Both the position numbers and the translations under genes were made by a program. A DNA stretch of 59,975 bases, filler included. It is 4 parts of 4 records of this genome, joined end to end, with 100 filler letters (N's around TTAATTAATTAA, not from the genome) between each part and the next. Parts side by side here need not be neighbours in the genome. Positions count along the whole stretch, not along the records: positions 1 to 12,572 come from DRR378314_711; 3 more parts are not named here. The stretch is one strand, 5' to 3'. Below, in pieces: positions 1 to 11,310 of the stretch; position 1 is the stretch's first letter, and every line of letters starts with the position of its first letter. The notes beneath the pieces were generated by a model. That model was not told where the DNA came from. It saw only the letters and a list, made by a program, of their open reading frames with translations, and did no database searches.

Positions 1-158
1 CTGCGCTCGCGGGGGAATTGCTTGGCGCTGTGCCGCGCCTGTCTCGTTCGAGAGCTGACAGCGAGCTTGCCACGACCTGCTTCGTTTCGACGGGTCGCTG
101 CCCACGCGCAATCGCGTATTTTTGCATTGCTTTGTCTGTTTTTTTTTTCTATTTGCAG

Positions 159-3100
159 GCAACAGGCCGACGAGTCTTAGAAATCCCTCGCTTGGATATA
201 TCTGGTCTGACGCCGGCGGCTTGGCAGGAGCTGCGAAAGCACGAGGTCGCCACGTTGGATCTGTCGTGCAATCGTGCGTTCCGTCTCCGCTGTGACCTGA
301 TGGGCTTCTCTCCCCGTGTCGAGCGACCGAATTGGCGCGGTGTGCGGCGAGTGCTTGTTGGCACCCCTCGCGTATCTGCTTGTACAAAGTGGCACGCGAG
401 GAGATGTTTCCGCCCCCTTGCTCTATTTCTATCTCACACGATATATTTGTTTCTTTATTTTGCAAATGTGCAGCGATCTCGGGAATACCTGTGTCGATTC
501 CAACGTTGGAAAAACTTGTGCTCTATGAGACAAATGTGGCGCAGGTCGACGCCATCGCACGGCAACCAGGTGCGCTGAGCAAACGACGGCGCACAAGTCC
601 CCATCACTTTGCTCCGTCTCCTTTCTCACACCAAGGTTATTCTTATAATCTTCTAGATGCATAGCATGGAATGTGCATGCAAAATCTGCAGCGAAGGAGC
701 CGTTTGGAGCAGAAGAATGCGTGTGCAGGTTGAGCGCGTTGCGTCGTGCGCAACTCCACCGCGTGCGCGTAGCGCGCACCTTCTGACCGCATGGACACCA
801 GCCGCTTTCGTATTCGTTGTGCAGGCCTGCGGTCTCTCTATTTGTCGCCAGCATCACCAATACTACAAAACCCACTACAGCTCGCTGCAAGATTTCCTCT
901 GCTTGCAGTTGTCAATGTGCGTTTTCGTGCTGTCGGTGCTCGCCGTGGGCAACACGCACCGACGAACCACGAATGCTTGACCTTGCAGTACTTGCACGCG
1001 TCGCCGCTGGTGCCCTCTTTCTTCTTTTTCTTTTCGTCATCCAGACTGCCGGTGTGGGAAAGGTAGCGAATAATTTCCTCTGTTTGTTGATTGGTGCCTA
1101 TGATCGCCAACTGCTTTCTTGTGGTGGACTGGTGCCGCGACATGGCCGGCTGAATCGTAGTGCGTAATGTCGTTCTGGGCGATACCTGCCCTTGTCGTCA
1201 TCGGTGGCTGACGAAGAACTGCTGCGCGTGTGTTCAAACCACCTGTGTGCGACTCTTGTGTTGAACGCTGCGCAGGACCAAAGCTTCATGTCCACGCGGG
1301 AACGCGCTGCAAAAGTACATGCTACAGTCAGCTGTATTCTGCGAACGTTTCTGACATCGAAGGAGTTGCAGGAAGATCGGTTTGTGTGCAGTGCGTCGAC
1401 TTTGCGCGACTACGTGACGAGCGGTATGCGGATGTAGCGCCGTCGAAGTGCGCGCTCCGGGGCGTGCTTCCTTTCGCGCACGGATTCCTACACCCAGAAA
1501 AAAAATGATTCGAATCGAATACTGTCGGGGTTTAAAGCGCAATGCTATAAGCGAGTGATTGCTCAAGATTTACCCCTGTGAGCGGCGTTTTTGTTTGTTT
1601 GTTTTTCCTTCGTTGCCTTTCCGCTTTCCCCGTTCCTCTCTTTGGACAGTTGCGAAAAGCGTTGTGGAGATGGTGTTACTTGATCCGAGCGAGCTGGAGC
1701 ATGCTGTCGAAATCATGCCCGCAATTGCACGCGACATGCTACTCGCCGGAATTGGTCAATTTACTTGGTTTGAAGGCCCGGGTGAATCTGTAAAGGGCGA
1801 CGTTTCAGTACAGCCAAAAGGTGCGTCTTCTCTCTCCCGGCAGATTGCGCTGCAGTACCAATGTGTATTCCGCGCGATGCCTTGCTTCGCAGGGACACGT
1901 GTACTTTGGCGGTGAGCGCTTGCAGGTGCTTCGTCGCAGAATTTCGCCCTTGTTCTACTATATGCTTTGCCTGTCTGGAAAAGGCTGCATACGCTACGTC
2001 ACATCCTACGAGAGCGCCACATTGACAAGGTTTTCTTTTTCACGCACTTATATTGCACAAGAGTCGTTGCTGTTCTCACCTATGCGGAAAGAATTTATAT
2101 GAGCGAGAAAGTTGTGTATATGTTGCCGCATTGCAATGGGAAGCCTCTTGAACAGTTGATCGCGATCCGGGATGATGCGCGCTCCTGTCGAGGTCATTGG
2201 TGTAACCGCGCATCGTGCGCCTCGGCGACGTGCGCTCTGCAGACGCTGACCGTGCTCTGCAAAGCTCGATATTCGGACGCCCGTCTCATACAACAAATGC
2301 GCGTGTAGCTGCTGAAAGCCATGTGCTCGTCAATACGATGCCAGCCAAGCTTGATTCTCACCAAAGTCAGGCTTGTAAGAATTCGGATCCCGTAGCAGGC
2401 CAAGGATGGGAAAGGGCATCTGGAGGACCTGCTGCGGAAGCTCTCACCCCATGTGCCTCCGCTTTGGCGAAAACAACGTCAAAGTCTGCAGACGTCGGGG
2501 CAGAACATTTCCCGGCACCGGATCAGCCAGTTCCTCCTACGTCGGCGAACCGGTCCGCGGGTGACGAGAAATCTAGCAGTCGAGCCTCTGCGTCTGAAAG
2601 TGACCACAGCAGTGAAGACGGCAAAACGAAGCGGGCACGAAAGCGATCGCCGCAGCACCTTCAGGAGTCGCAAAAGCGCAAAGGCCTGCGGGAGAAGCTT
2701 GCACAGGTACGAGTTTCTGTACGAATGGGTATCATTCAGATGCAGAAGGGCATCAGAGTATCTAGTCTTTCCGGCGATGTGAGGTTTTGTGGGCGGCAAG
2801 TGCGTGGTGTTGCCAGAAAATGGCAGCAGGAATACTTGGTGCTTTCTGCAGTGTCATGCTTTGCATACTCGAATACAAAAACAAAAATCATCGTTCTGAA
2901 CGTCATACACTTTCGGTTTACGAAGATGCGGTTGTATTGGAGAGAAATTTTTGTGTGCTTTTCAGCAAGAATTTCATTTTCTCAGGGTTATGGTGGTGCT
3001 GGCAGAGTTGCTGCTTCTTCTGTGGTTCCGGCTACGCCTCTGCATTCTGCCAAAGGAGCTCTCATGTTCTCGAGCAACAACGCCTTTTCTTAAGCCGCAA

Positions 3101-3703
3101 GCCAGGACCTGGCATGGGCTTGCCTCTGCTTTTTCGCTAATCGGTAGCAATTAACGTGCAGTGAGCGGTTGGTCGTTTGCCCGCGCGCTACATTTGTCGT
3201 GTTAGGTGCGAACTCCTCATCCCGCGCGCGCTGCCCGATGTTGCGGCTGATTTTTTTGTTGTCCGATGCAGGAGGAACTTTCTGTCCGACAGACGATCAT
3301 GGAGATGTCACGCGAACAGCGCGAAGCTGCTTTTCGTGTGGATGCAGTTCGTGAAGATGCTTCGGGCACGGAAGTGTTAGTGCATTGCATGCGCCCATCG
3401 AGGTCCGTACTGCACCTTGCGTCGCTCGTCGCCAATGTGTTGAGCTCGGACGCAACAATCGCCTTTCGCGTAGCTTTGTGCATTTGTTCTTCGTAGTGCT
3501 TCCCCGTTTGCCCGTGCCGAAGTCGCCGAATGAGCACCTCTGTTTCTGTCACATTGATTCCGCATCAGCTTTCTTCAACACTCACTTTTTTTCTCGCGTG
3601 CCGTTCTGGTTACATATTACCTTATTCTGGAAACAGACCTCAGCAAGAGTGGGTTGCTATGGAGGACCTTGTGGAAATAGCGTCGAACAACTCGGCTCTA
3701 TAG
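159..3703 (+). CDS. Multi-exon eukaryotic gene (5' end probably outside window): LRR + LRRcap, low-complexity/basic middle, degenerate chromo-like C-terminus
   Basis: Phase-consistent GT-AG model: 159-273, 474-569, 825-916, 1276-1423, 1650-1820, 2309-2706, 3272-3402, 3637-3703. The spliced protein has LRR motifs (VATLDLSCNPI, LEKLVLYETNV, LRSLYLSP) and an LRRcap-like FPLLAVVN|DQSFMSTRERAA formed across a junction. Confidence 0.65.
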
Positions 3704-4038
3704 CGCGTGGGATTGCGTCGCATGGACACGGGATCATTGATATTTCATCCCTGTTTATTCAAGATTTTTATCGTTCTGAGAGTCATCATTGATGATGTAC
3801 AGTTTGCGGGGAGCAAATGTGTCGCTACATTGCACCGCAACCTGCACACGCCGAGAGGAATCCGATTGGTTGCTCTGCGGCATGGGGCCTTGGATTTTCC
3901 GTGCCTTCCCACCAGTGCATCACATTGCGCGCGGACCGTGTGCAATAAAAATGCAAAAAAAATATTGTTTGTTTGAAACATGGTCTTGCATCCCTTTTTC
4001 TTTTTGGTTTTTATTTTCACTCCTCAACGCCTGTGCTA

Positions 4039-5190
4039 CTACTCCTGGTCGGCAAGAGAGGATACTTTGATGACGATTTTTCCCCGTGCGCGATGCGACG
4101 CTAAGCGCTTGAACGCCGCGTGGACGCTGCACCGCACAGAACAATAAAAGCACGCAAATACGCGCACATTGCAATTAGAAGTGGCGTACATACTCTGCCA
4201 ATGTTTACGCAGGATCATGCCACCAGTGGGAGTGGTATGAGGGAAAAGGGCGTACCTTTCCTGCGAGAAGGGAACTGTGCTGTCAATAACCGGTTGCAAG
4301 CTCCCGCTCTCGATCATCGCGACAAGCCGAGCTGCACCATCGGCAGGCAGCGATGTGACCATCGAATATCGGTGGCCAGAAATCTTTTTCCATAGAATGC
4401 GCAGCGCTATTCGCGCGGCATCGGGAACAGACAGAACTTCTGAGCCGACATGCTGTACGGGACCGACGAGGGTGACATAGCGCCCTCGGTGCTTCAGCGT
4501 GCGCCGCGCGTCTTCCCATATCGAGTCGCCACCCACGCAGTCCAACACAATATCGACCTGGCTCTCGCCAATCACGTCGGTGTACGAAGTCATGGATGTA
4601 TAGTCAATAACATGAGTTGCACCAAGAGACTTTGCCAGATCGGCATTTCGTGCCGAGCAACTGGCGAAGATCCGGTTCGCACCGCGCTCGCGAGCAATCT
4701 GCACTGCGAATGTCCCCACTCCGCCCGACGCGCCAACGACGAGAACGTCTTGTCCTGGCTGGAGCTGGCGAAGCCCTTCCCACGCTGTAACGCCCGCGCA
4801 TCCCAGAGTACACGCATCGACGTACGATACGCGATCAGGTATCGGAAAGAGTTCTTTCTCCTTTGCGCGTACGAATTCAGCGAGACCTCCGGCGACGAAA
4901 GGCGTGCGTGCGAGGAGCACGCGAGTCCCCTTGGGGAACCTTCGCTGTGCTGCGGCGCCCGCTTCCTCCACAGTCCCGCTCACATCCATGCCGGGAACCA
5001 GCGGAAGCGAGGGAGTTCCGAGAAAATTCAGCGATCCCAGAGCACGCTTATAGTCTACTGGATTCAAGCTACACGCCGCAACGCGAACGATAACGTCGTG
5101 CTCATTCTGCAGCTGCGGAATGGGAAGGTCCGAGTCGAGGGTTCCACACTCGCAGGCGTGGCCGAAGGAGTGGAAGCGAAACGCGCGCAT
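4039..5190 (-). CDS. MDR-family NAD(P)H quinone oxidoreductase / RTN4IP1-like; one intron 4127-4255
   Basis: Motifs LNPVD, PGMDVSG, GASGGVGTFAVQIA and C-terminal RARGKIVI. Removing the 129-nt GTACGC...TGCAG intron gives FSQESVHAAFKRL. Confidence 0.9.
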   Translation of the reverse strand: MRAFRFHSFGHACECGTLDSDLPIPQLQNEHDVIVRVAACSLNPVDYKRALGSLNFLGTPSLPLVPGMDVSGTVEEAGAAAQRRFPKGTRVLLARTPFVAGGLAEFVRAKEKELFPIPDRVSYVDACTLGCAGVTAWEGLRQLQPGQDVLVVGASGGVGTFAVQIARERGANRIFASCSARNADLAKSLGATHVIDYTSMTSYTDVIGESQVDIVLDCVGGDSIWEDARRTLKHRGRYVTLVGPVQHVGSEVLSVPDAARIALRILWKKISGHRYSMVTSLPADGAARLVAMIESGSLQPVIDSTVPFSQERYALFPHTTPTGGMILRKHWQSMYATSNCNVRVFACFYCSVRCSVHAAFKRLASHRARGKIVIKVSSLADQE

Positions 5191-6319
5191 CGAAGCGCCT
5201 CGATCCTCTTGCCGTCAACTGGCGTGTGGAGCAAATTCGTGCGTCAGCGCGAGAACGCCCGCGGGAGCGAGCAATAAAGGGACTAATGTGTGTTACAACG
5301 CGCGTTCTTCCTCTACAGGCGGGCTGGCGATAGCCGGGCGAAGCGGCTCTCCTTTTCTCGCTGCGTGTATTGCCTTTCTCGACGCTGCACAACCAAAGTC
5401 AATGAGGGCTGCCAAAGGGGTAGAGGAGTTTCGGTCCGCCGCACCGCGCGGTGCTCTCTGCGCGCAAGCGGTGCCCCATGGCTGTACTGCCGCAGCAGCG
5501 CAAGGGAACCTGGCCCGATCGCCTTCGGGGACCACGCAGGGCCTCACTCGCGAGCCCCGGACGCACCAGCGACGCGGCGAGACTTCCCCACGTCTGCAGG
5601 CAGCGGCATTGCGCCTCGCTGCCGGATTACCCTAGCAACTCCATCCTGTCAAGTTTTGTTGACTACGATTGAGTCTCCTGCAATCAGGGTTAGAACATGG
5701 TTTATCCCCTTCGGCACACGGATGGGACAGTCAATTAATTTGTTATACAATACTGTAGGGGTAGGGCTCACACCTTGAGTTGCGCCAGTAGGGTTAGCGC
5801 ACTGGCTGGCCGCCGCTCGAGCTAGCTGCGCAGGCAGGCACCGGGGCGGGCGACCAAACTGGAGCGTGCAGCGGAGCCAGGAGCGTGCGCAGGAGAGGGC
5901 GGAGCCGCGCGCCTGTCTCGAGCGGTTCCTCGTGCTCTGCGTACTCCCTGCTCGAGCTGCGCGCGTGTCGCGCTGCTCGTGGATTTGTGTTCAGGTGCGT
6001 CCGGCGCTCGACGAGGTTGCTCTCCTCCCCCCCCTTGCTGCGCCCCGGCCTGTCCGTACTTCCTCGGATCCATCGTTTGTTATTACGGAACGGTACATTG
6101 TTACGCGAGTCGAGCGCGGGTGGTGGTGGATTTCGCAGGACAAGCAGCGCGAGAGTCGCCGCTGTGGTCGCCATGGTTGTCCGGCGTGCTCGTGCACTGT
6201 GCTGCCTTTGTCCCTCACTGTGGTTGTGTGTGCGAGTACCTGTGCCGCTCGTACACAGAGCGCAGTGATAGAGAGAGCCGGCCGACCGCTGCCTACTCTC
6301 TGTCCCTCGCCGTCTCTTA

Positions 6320-6344
6320 GCTGCTACTGCTGCTGCTGCTGCTG
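6320..6344. repeat. (GCT)n trinucleotide microsatellite
   Basis: gctgctactgctgctgctgctgctgc seen directly. Confidence 0.8.
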
Positions 6345-6594
6345 CGTGCGGTGCGTCTCGCGTGCCGCTTGCTTGGCGGGTCGCTGCTGCACTTCGCCTG
6401 TCTACTCGCCAGAACGAGCCGCTCTGGTTTTTGGAGGAATACTTTTGTGCGTGCGTATCTGCTGGAGTGAAGCCTTGGCGCGAGGCTCATTCTAAGGCTC
6501 CTGTGCGCGCGTGTGCGTGGCTGGTTTTGGCTCGTTCTGCAGGCGCTCGGCTCCGCGCACGGCGGCGATGCACGGCGTGCTGACCGAGGCCACC

Positions 6595-9500
6595 ATGAGT
6601 ATGCCAGGCCAGAGCTATGTGTACGCTGCCGCTGCGCAGCACGGCAGCCACGGAGGCGCTCCAGGAAGCTTCGCCGAGGGAGCAGCACGCCCCGCAAACG
6701 CCGATGCCGCTCGCGACAGCGAAAACGACTGTGACATGTATTTTAACCGAGAAAGCCTCGCAGACGGGAGCGTGTTTGACCGGAGCAGTGGGTTCCCGGA
6801 GAGCTCCGACGAGACGCTGGAAAGCGCGTACGCGGTACGTGCTGGCGTCGCGCAGCACGAGCAAGCGTCGTCGTGCCCGTGCAGGTGCTTGCGCCTTGGT
6901 TTGCTTGTGTTACGCACACGCGTTTCCGACGGCAAGCATGTGTGAGCTGTTGCTCCACCGCGTGCGTACATACAACACAAGTATTGTCTTGGGTGATATA
7001 TTACTGGAATTCCGATGTTGGGTGTATCTAGGGGTGAAGATGTTTTCGGTGCTTGGGTCGTGTACTTAGCACTTGGGGATCTTGGGTGTATGTATTCAGC
7101 ATTTGTACACATGCGGGCTGGGGAGAGTATTGAGCCATTGTCGTTGAAGCGCGTGAGAGACGAGCCCAAGGACCAACCCCACCGCAACTTTCCGTGTTTG
7201 CACTTTGCCGGCACTGCTGCCTTGCGTTTTGAGAGGATAATATGCGGAAAGGGGATCTGAAATGTTAGAAAAGCAATCGTATCATCGTTGATAAACGCTT
7301 CTATTGTTTTTACGGGGCGTATGAAGTTTTTGGGAACATGGCTTGGTTGACAGGAGGGTGCTTTGGGTAGAGAGAGTGCGGGACTGTTCTCTCTGTCTCA
7401 TTTCCCTTTGTGGTAGGCGGCGTGTGCTTGAATTCTAGCTCGCCCCGCGCGCGTGGCGCGCCGTAGGAAACGCACGAAGAAGGAACGCGAAAGGGAGGCG
7501 AGCTGGTGCACTGTAGACGTGCCACTTTTTCTGTTTTCCTTCTTGCCACATGGTAGCTTCGTGTCGATTGCGGCGTTGCGTCGTTGTGGCAGTGGGCAGG
7601 AACCTCCTGGGCTGCCTGTGGGGAGGCAGAGGGACTCTGCCGTCTCCACGGAGCAGCCGCTGCGATCGCCCACACGCGGCGGCAAACGCGCGTTCCCTGC
7701 CGATGCCCTACATGCTTTCTTTTCCGGCGGGGTGATGCAGAAGTAGGTTACGCGATCGAATCGAATTCGATCTCTGGGACTCTCGTTTCGCTTTTGCAAA
7801 TATAAGTTTGGCTGTGCGGCGCAGCCGTAGTGCTGCTACTCGCACAAGGCGAGCTGCGCGTTGCGCGCAGGGCGAGCGCGTGGGGACGGATACGGCGCGT
7901 AGGACCACAAGCGAGCCAGCAACCCGCTCCGCATAGAACGCTCCGTCCGTGTGGGCACTTCCCTGTGCGACTCGCCGGCATTTGTGCTCTTGCTGTGAGA
8001 AAATTGTGATTTTTTTCTGATTGCGTATGCATTTTTCCCTCTTTCGCGCGCGCGTGTGTGCAACCGAACAGGATGTGCACGGTAGCGACTTGGCGCAACT
8101 CCACATAACCTTTTCGGAGCCGATGCGAGGCGGTAGCGAAAGCAGCCGCCGCCCGGAGTCGGACGCTGCGCCCGTGACCGCTTCTGTGCCTCTTGGCATG
8201 TTCGAGTCTGCGGAAAGCACACTCGGCTCGTCGTCGTATCACAACGAGTACGGACGCGTGCGCTCGGGATCCGAAACGCTTGGTGCGCCCTTTTCACGCC
8301 GAGCGCTGGATGCGGTACGTCGCCTTTCGAAGCAGAGCGCTTCGCTGTGGAACGCGAACGCGTGCTAGGTCGGACCGCGGCAGCTGCGGTGATTTCGCGC
8401 ACGCCTGCACGCTCGGCTGCGTGAGACCGTGGACTCTTTGCTTCTCACAAGCATCTGTTTGCCCGTCTGTCGACTATATTGCGCATCGCAGCATTCGTGC
8501 GTACCATTTTCTGTGTAACTAATGGAGATCCTAGCGTAGGAACGGCAAGCCCACAGAGTGGCCGTACAGTGTGTGCTGTAGCAGCTGTGTGCGACGAGCA
8601 GAGCAGCGTGGCGACGTGCATTCCCTGTGCTTCGGCCTGCTTATCCTCCCTGTGCACCCGCTGCGGCTGCTTTCGCGTGGATATGATGTGCGAAACTTTG
8701 CAGTATCCTCCCCATCCCTCCGAGGAAGTCCTGATTCTGACGCAGTTCGTTCGCCAAAACTTTGCGCTTGTGAGGAACGGGAACGCGAGCCCTTCGTTGA
8801 CTGCGAAAGTCCTGCGCGCTCTCAAGCGCCTCGACTATCTACATCCAGTGCGCGCTGTGCACCTATCGCTGCGGGAAGAGTTTCCGTGCTGCTCGCAGCA
8901 TGCTCGCGTACGACGTGATGATAGTGATCGCGACGGGCTCGTAATAAGCGGTTCGCCGCTCGATGGGTTTGGAGATCCTACATCGCAGGGATCTTCGATG
9001 GGTTTTGGCTCCGCGCACAGCGCGCTTCACGATGGCTCGCTTACGCTGCAGAGCCCCATGACGATGGCAGCTCTCTCGGGAGGTGCGAGCGGCGGACTTG
9101 GGAATCTCCTTTCGCTACAAACAGCGTACGCCGATGGCGGTGCGGCGACGGGAGCTGTGCAGACGCGCACCACGCGTGGGTACTCGAACAGCGGTTCCGT
9201 GTACCCGTCGCGCGACCTCCTCGATCTGCACCATCCTCGACCGCCCGACCATGTGCGAGTATGGCGCCGTGATCGCCATTACCACAGCGTGCATGTATCG
9301 CTAGAGCACGGTGAAGAGGTCTCGTTTTCCTTGCTGCACAACCATAGCGATCCGGCGCAGGTGGAGCTCCTCACGAGGAGTGTGCAGCTGTACGATGAAG
9401 CCTTGGTGAACACGCGCTCCGACATGGTTCAGTCCATTGCAGAGACCTCGGAGAACGTCACACTCGTCATGCGGAGTATGAGCTTGGACTATCGGCCGAT

Positions 9501-11310
9501 TGCGTGTGCCACGTTCCGGCCTTATCCAGCACTTGGCTTCGTTGATCTGCAACTCTTTTGTGTTGCGCGCCTGTACCAGCTTCGTGGGTACGGCTCGCTT
9601 TTGATGAAGGCACTCAAGGAGATTCTGCGGCAGCACGGGATCTTTCATATCCTCACAATGGCAGACCGGACCTCGCGAACGTTTTTCGACGCGCACAACT
9701 TTGATCTGCTCGCCGATGATGAGCACGTCCTGTGGCGCGGTCTTGCGATGCGGTTCCTGGGCTGTCAGATGATGGAGTGTGTGCTCAACACCACTGAGCA
9801 GACGCTGGAACCGCAGGAAGCCCTTCGCGAGCGCAATCCGCTCGACGTGGGCGACCGTGTTGCAGCGCTGGATGACAAGCAGCAGGGGCAATGCTGGTAC
9901 TCTGGCAAGGTACTACGAGCGTTTGGCCGGGGTACCGCCGCGGACGTGGAGCTCGACGAGGGCTCCATCCTGCGCTCGCTCCCGCTGTCCAAGATTCGTC
10001 GATCAGCTGACTACTGGCACGAAGCCGCCGCTCCGCAGATGCCTGTGCGCGCGGACGACCATTCGGCGCGAAATTTTGTCGCAGACGGTGACGATGAGTT
10101 GTACCTGATCGCACACGACATTAGAGTTTCCGGGCAGCAGCAGGCGGGAGTGCACGGGAGCAGTGTCGGCGCTGCGGGAATGGAAGGTAGCACGCACACT
10201 GGATTTTCGTCGTCGTATCACTCTGGAAAGGGTAGCGACAACGCAATGGATGTGCAGCGCTTGCTAGGAAACGTGCGATTTGCCGCAGGGACAAGCAGCG
10301 GAAGCAGTAGCTCCGCTGCGCAGCAACAGGGCGGCACCGGAGAGCTCGGGGCGAACGGGTCGCGGCGCGAGCGCAGCCACTCGACAGATATGCGCGACGA
10401 CGATGCTTACTACGACGGCGATGACCTCGACATTGCCCCGCCTGTCCGTGAGCTGGACGGTGCAAACGGCGCGATGAAACGGCTGCGCTTGGACCCGAAC
10501 GCAGCCTCTTCCCTCGCAGAAGCCCTGGAGAGCGCGTCCCTTGCCAGCCCCGTATCGACCGGGCAGTCGCGCGGCCGTCAGCGCGGTGGGGCTTCGTCGT
10601 CGCCGCCTGCCAGTGCGAGAGGCGCCGGCGACAGCTCGCATCGCGGCCGGCACGCGCGTGGCGGCCGGTCGTGGTCGCCGGGAACTTCGCGTGGCGGCGG
10701 CAGCGGCACTACGAGTAACAGCGGTGGCGGCAGCGGTGGCGCGAGCAGTAGTAGCGCCGGTCGTGCGGGCGCGGGCGGGTCGGGAGGCGCGCGGCGCGGC
10801 GGCGGCGCGGCGGCGGGCACGCTCGCATCGCCGCCGGTGGTTTCCGTCGCCGTCAGCAGCCGCACCGGGTCTCCGTCGCGACCGCCGCGCAAGCTACCAA
10901 AGAGCCCGGCGCGCGGCGGGCGTGGCGGTGGCGGCGGCATAGCAGCAGCAGCAGCAGCGCAGTCCACTGGCGGCGGCAGCAGTCACAGCGGCGACGGCGC
11001 GGCGGGAGACGCCGCAGCTTCGGCGTCCGCGGCGGCATCTGCGTCGGCGGCGGGGTCTGCGACAGGGAGCGGCGCCGCGGGGAGCTCGACGAGCAGCAGC
11101 GGGAAAAAGACCGGCGCGCAAAGCAAGCGCACTCCAGGCGACAAGCCGCGGAAGCAGCGCGGGCCGAAAAAGTTTGGCTGCTACTTCCCAACATGCAACC
11201 GCCGATTCCCGGATCGCTGGAAGCTGGATCGCCACGAGCGCTCGCACGACGCCGAGCTTGAGAAAGTCCTGCGCGAGGAGAGGAAGAAGAAGACCAAGTC
11301 GGGAAAGTAG
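6595..11310 (+). CDS. GCN5-like GNAT acetyltransferase with Tudor/Agenet-like domain, Gly/Ser-rich region and C-terminal C2H2 zinc finger; exons approx. 6595-6834, 8072-8314, 8704-11310
   Basis: GCCACCATG start; GTACGT donors at 6835 and 8315; CAG acceptors ending 8071 and 8703, all phase 0. GNAT motif QLRGYGSLLMKALKE...ILTMAD; Tudor-like VGDRVAAL...WYSGKV; C2H2 FGCYFPTCNRRFPDRWKLDRHERSH. An extra exon near 7600-7742 is possible. Confidence 0.75.

Noticed and set aside
5640-5727. Cloverleaf-like fold as a tRNA
   Set aside because: No T-loop TTCRA, no D-loop GG and wrong arm spacing; kept only as a generic structured element.
8479-8703. First 75 codons of the 943-aa ORF
   Set aside because: Non-ATG start and Cys-rich non-coding-like sequence ending in a TTTGCAG acceptor at 8703; best read as intron.
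10560-11110. Very GC-rich GGC/AGC repeats as a mobile element or structural RNA
   Set aside because: Fully explained as Gly/Ser/Ala low-complexity coding sequence in frame with the zinc finger.
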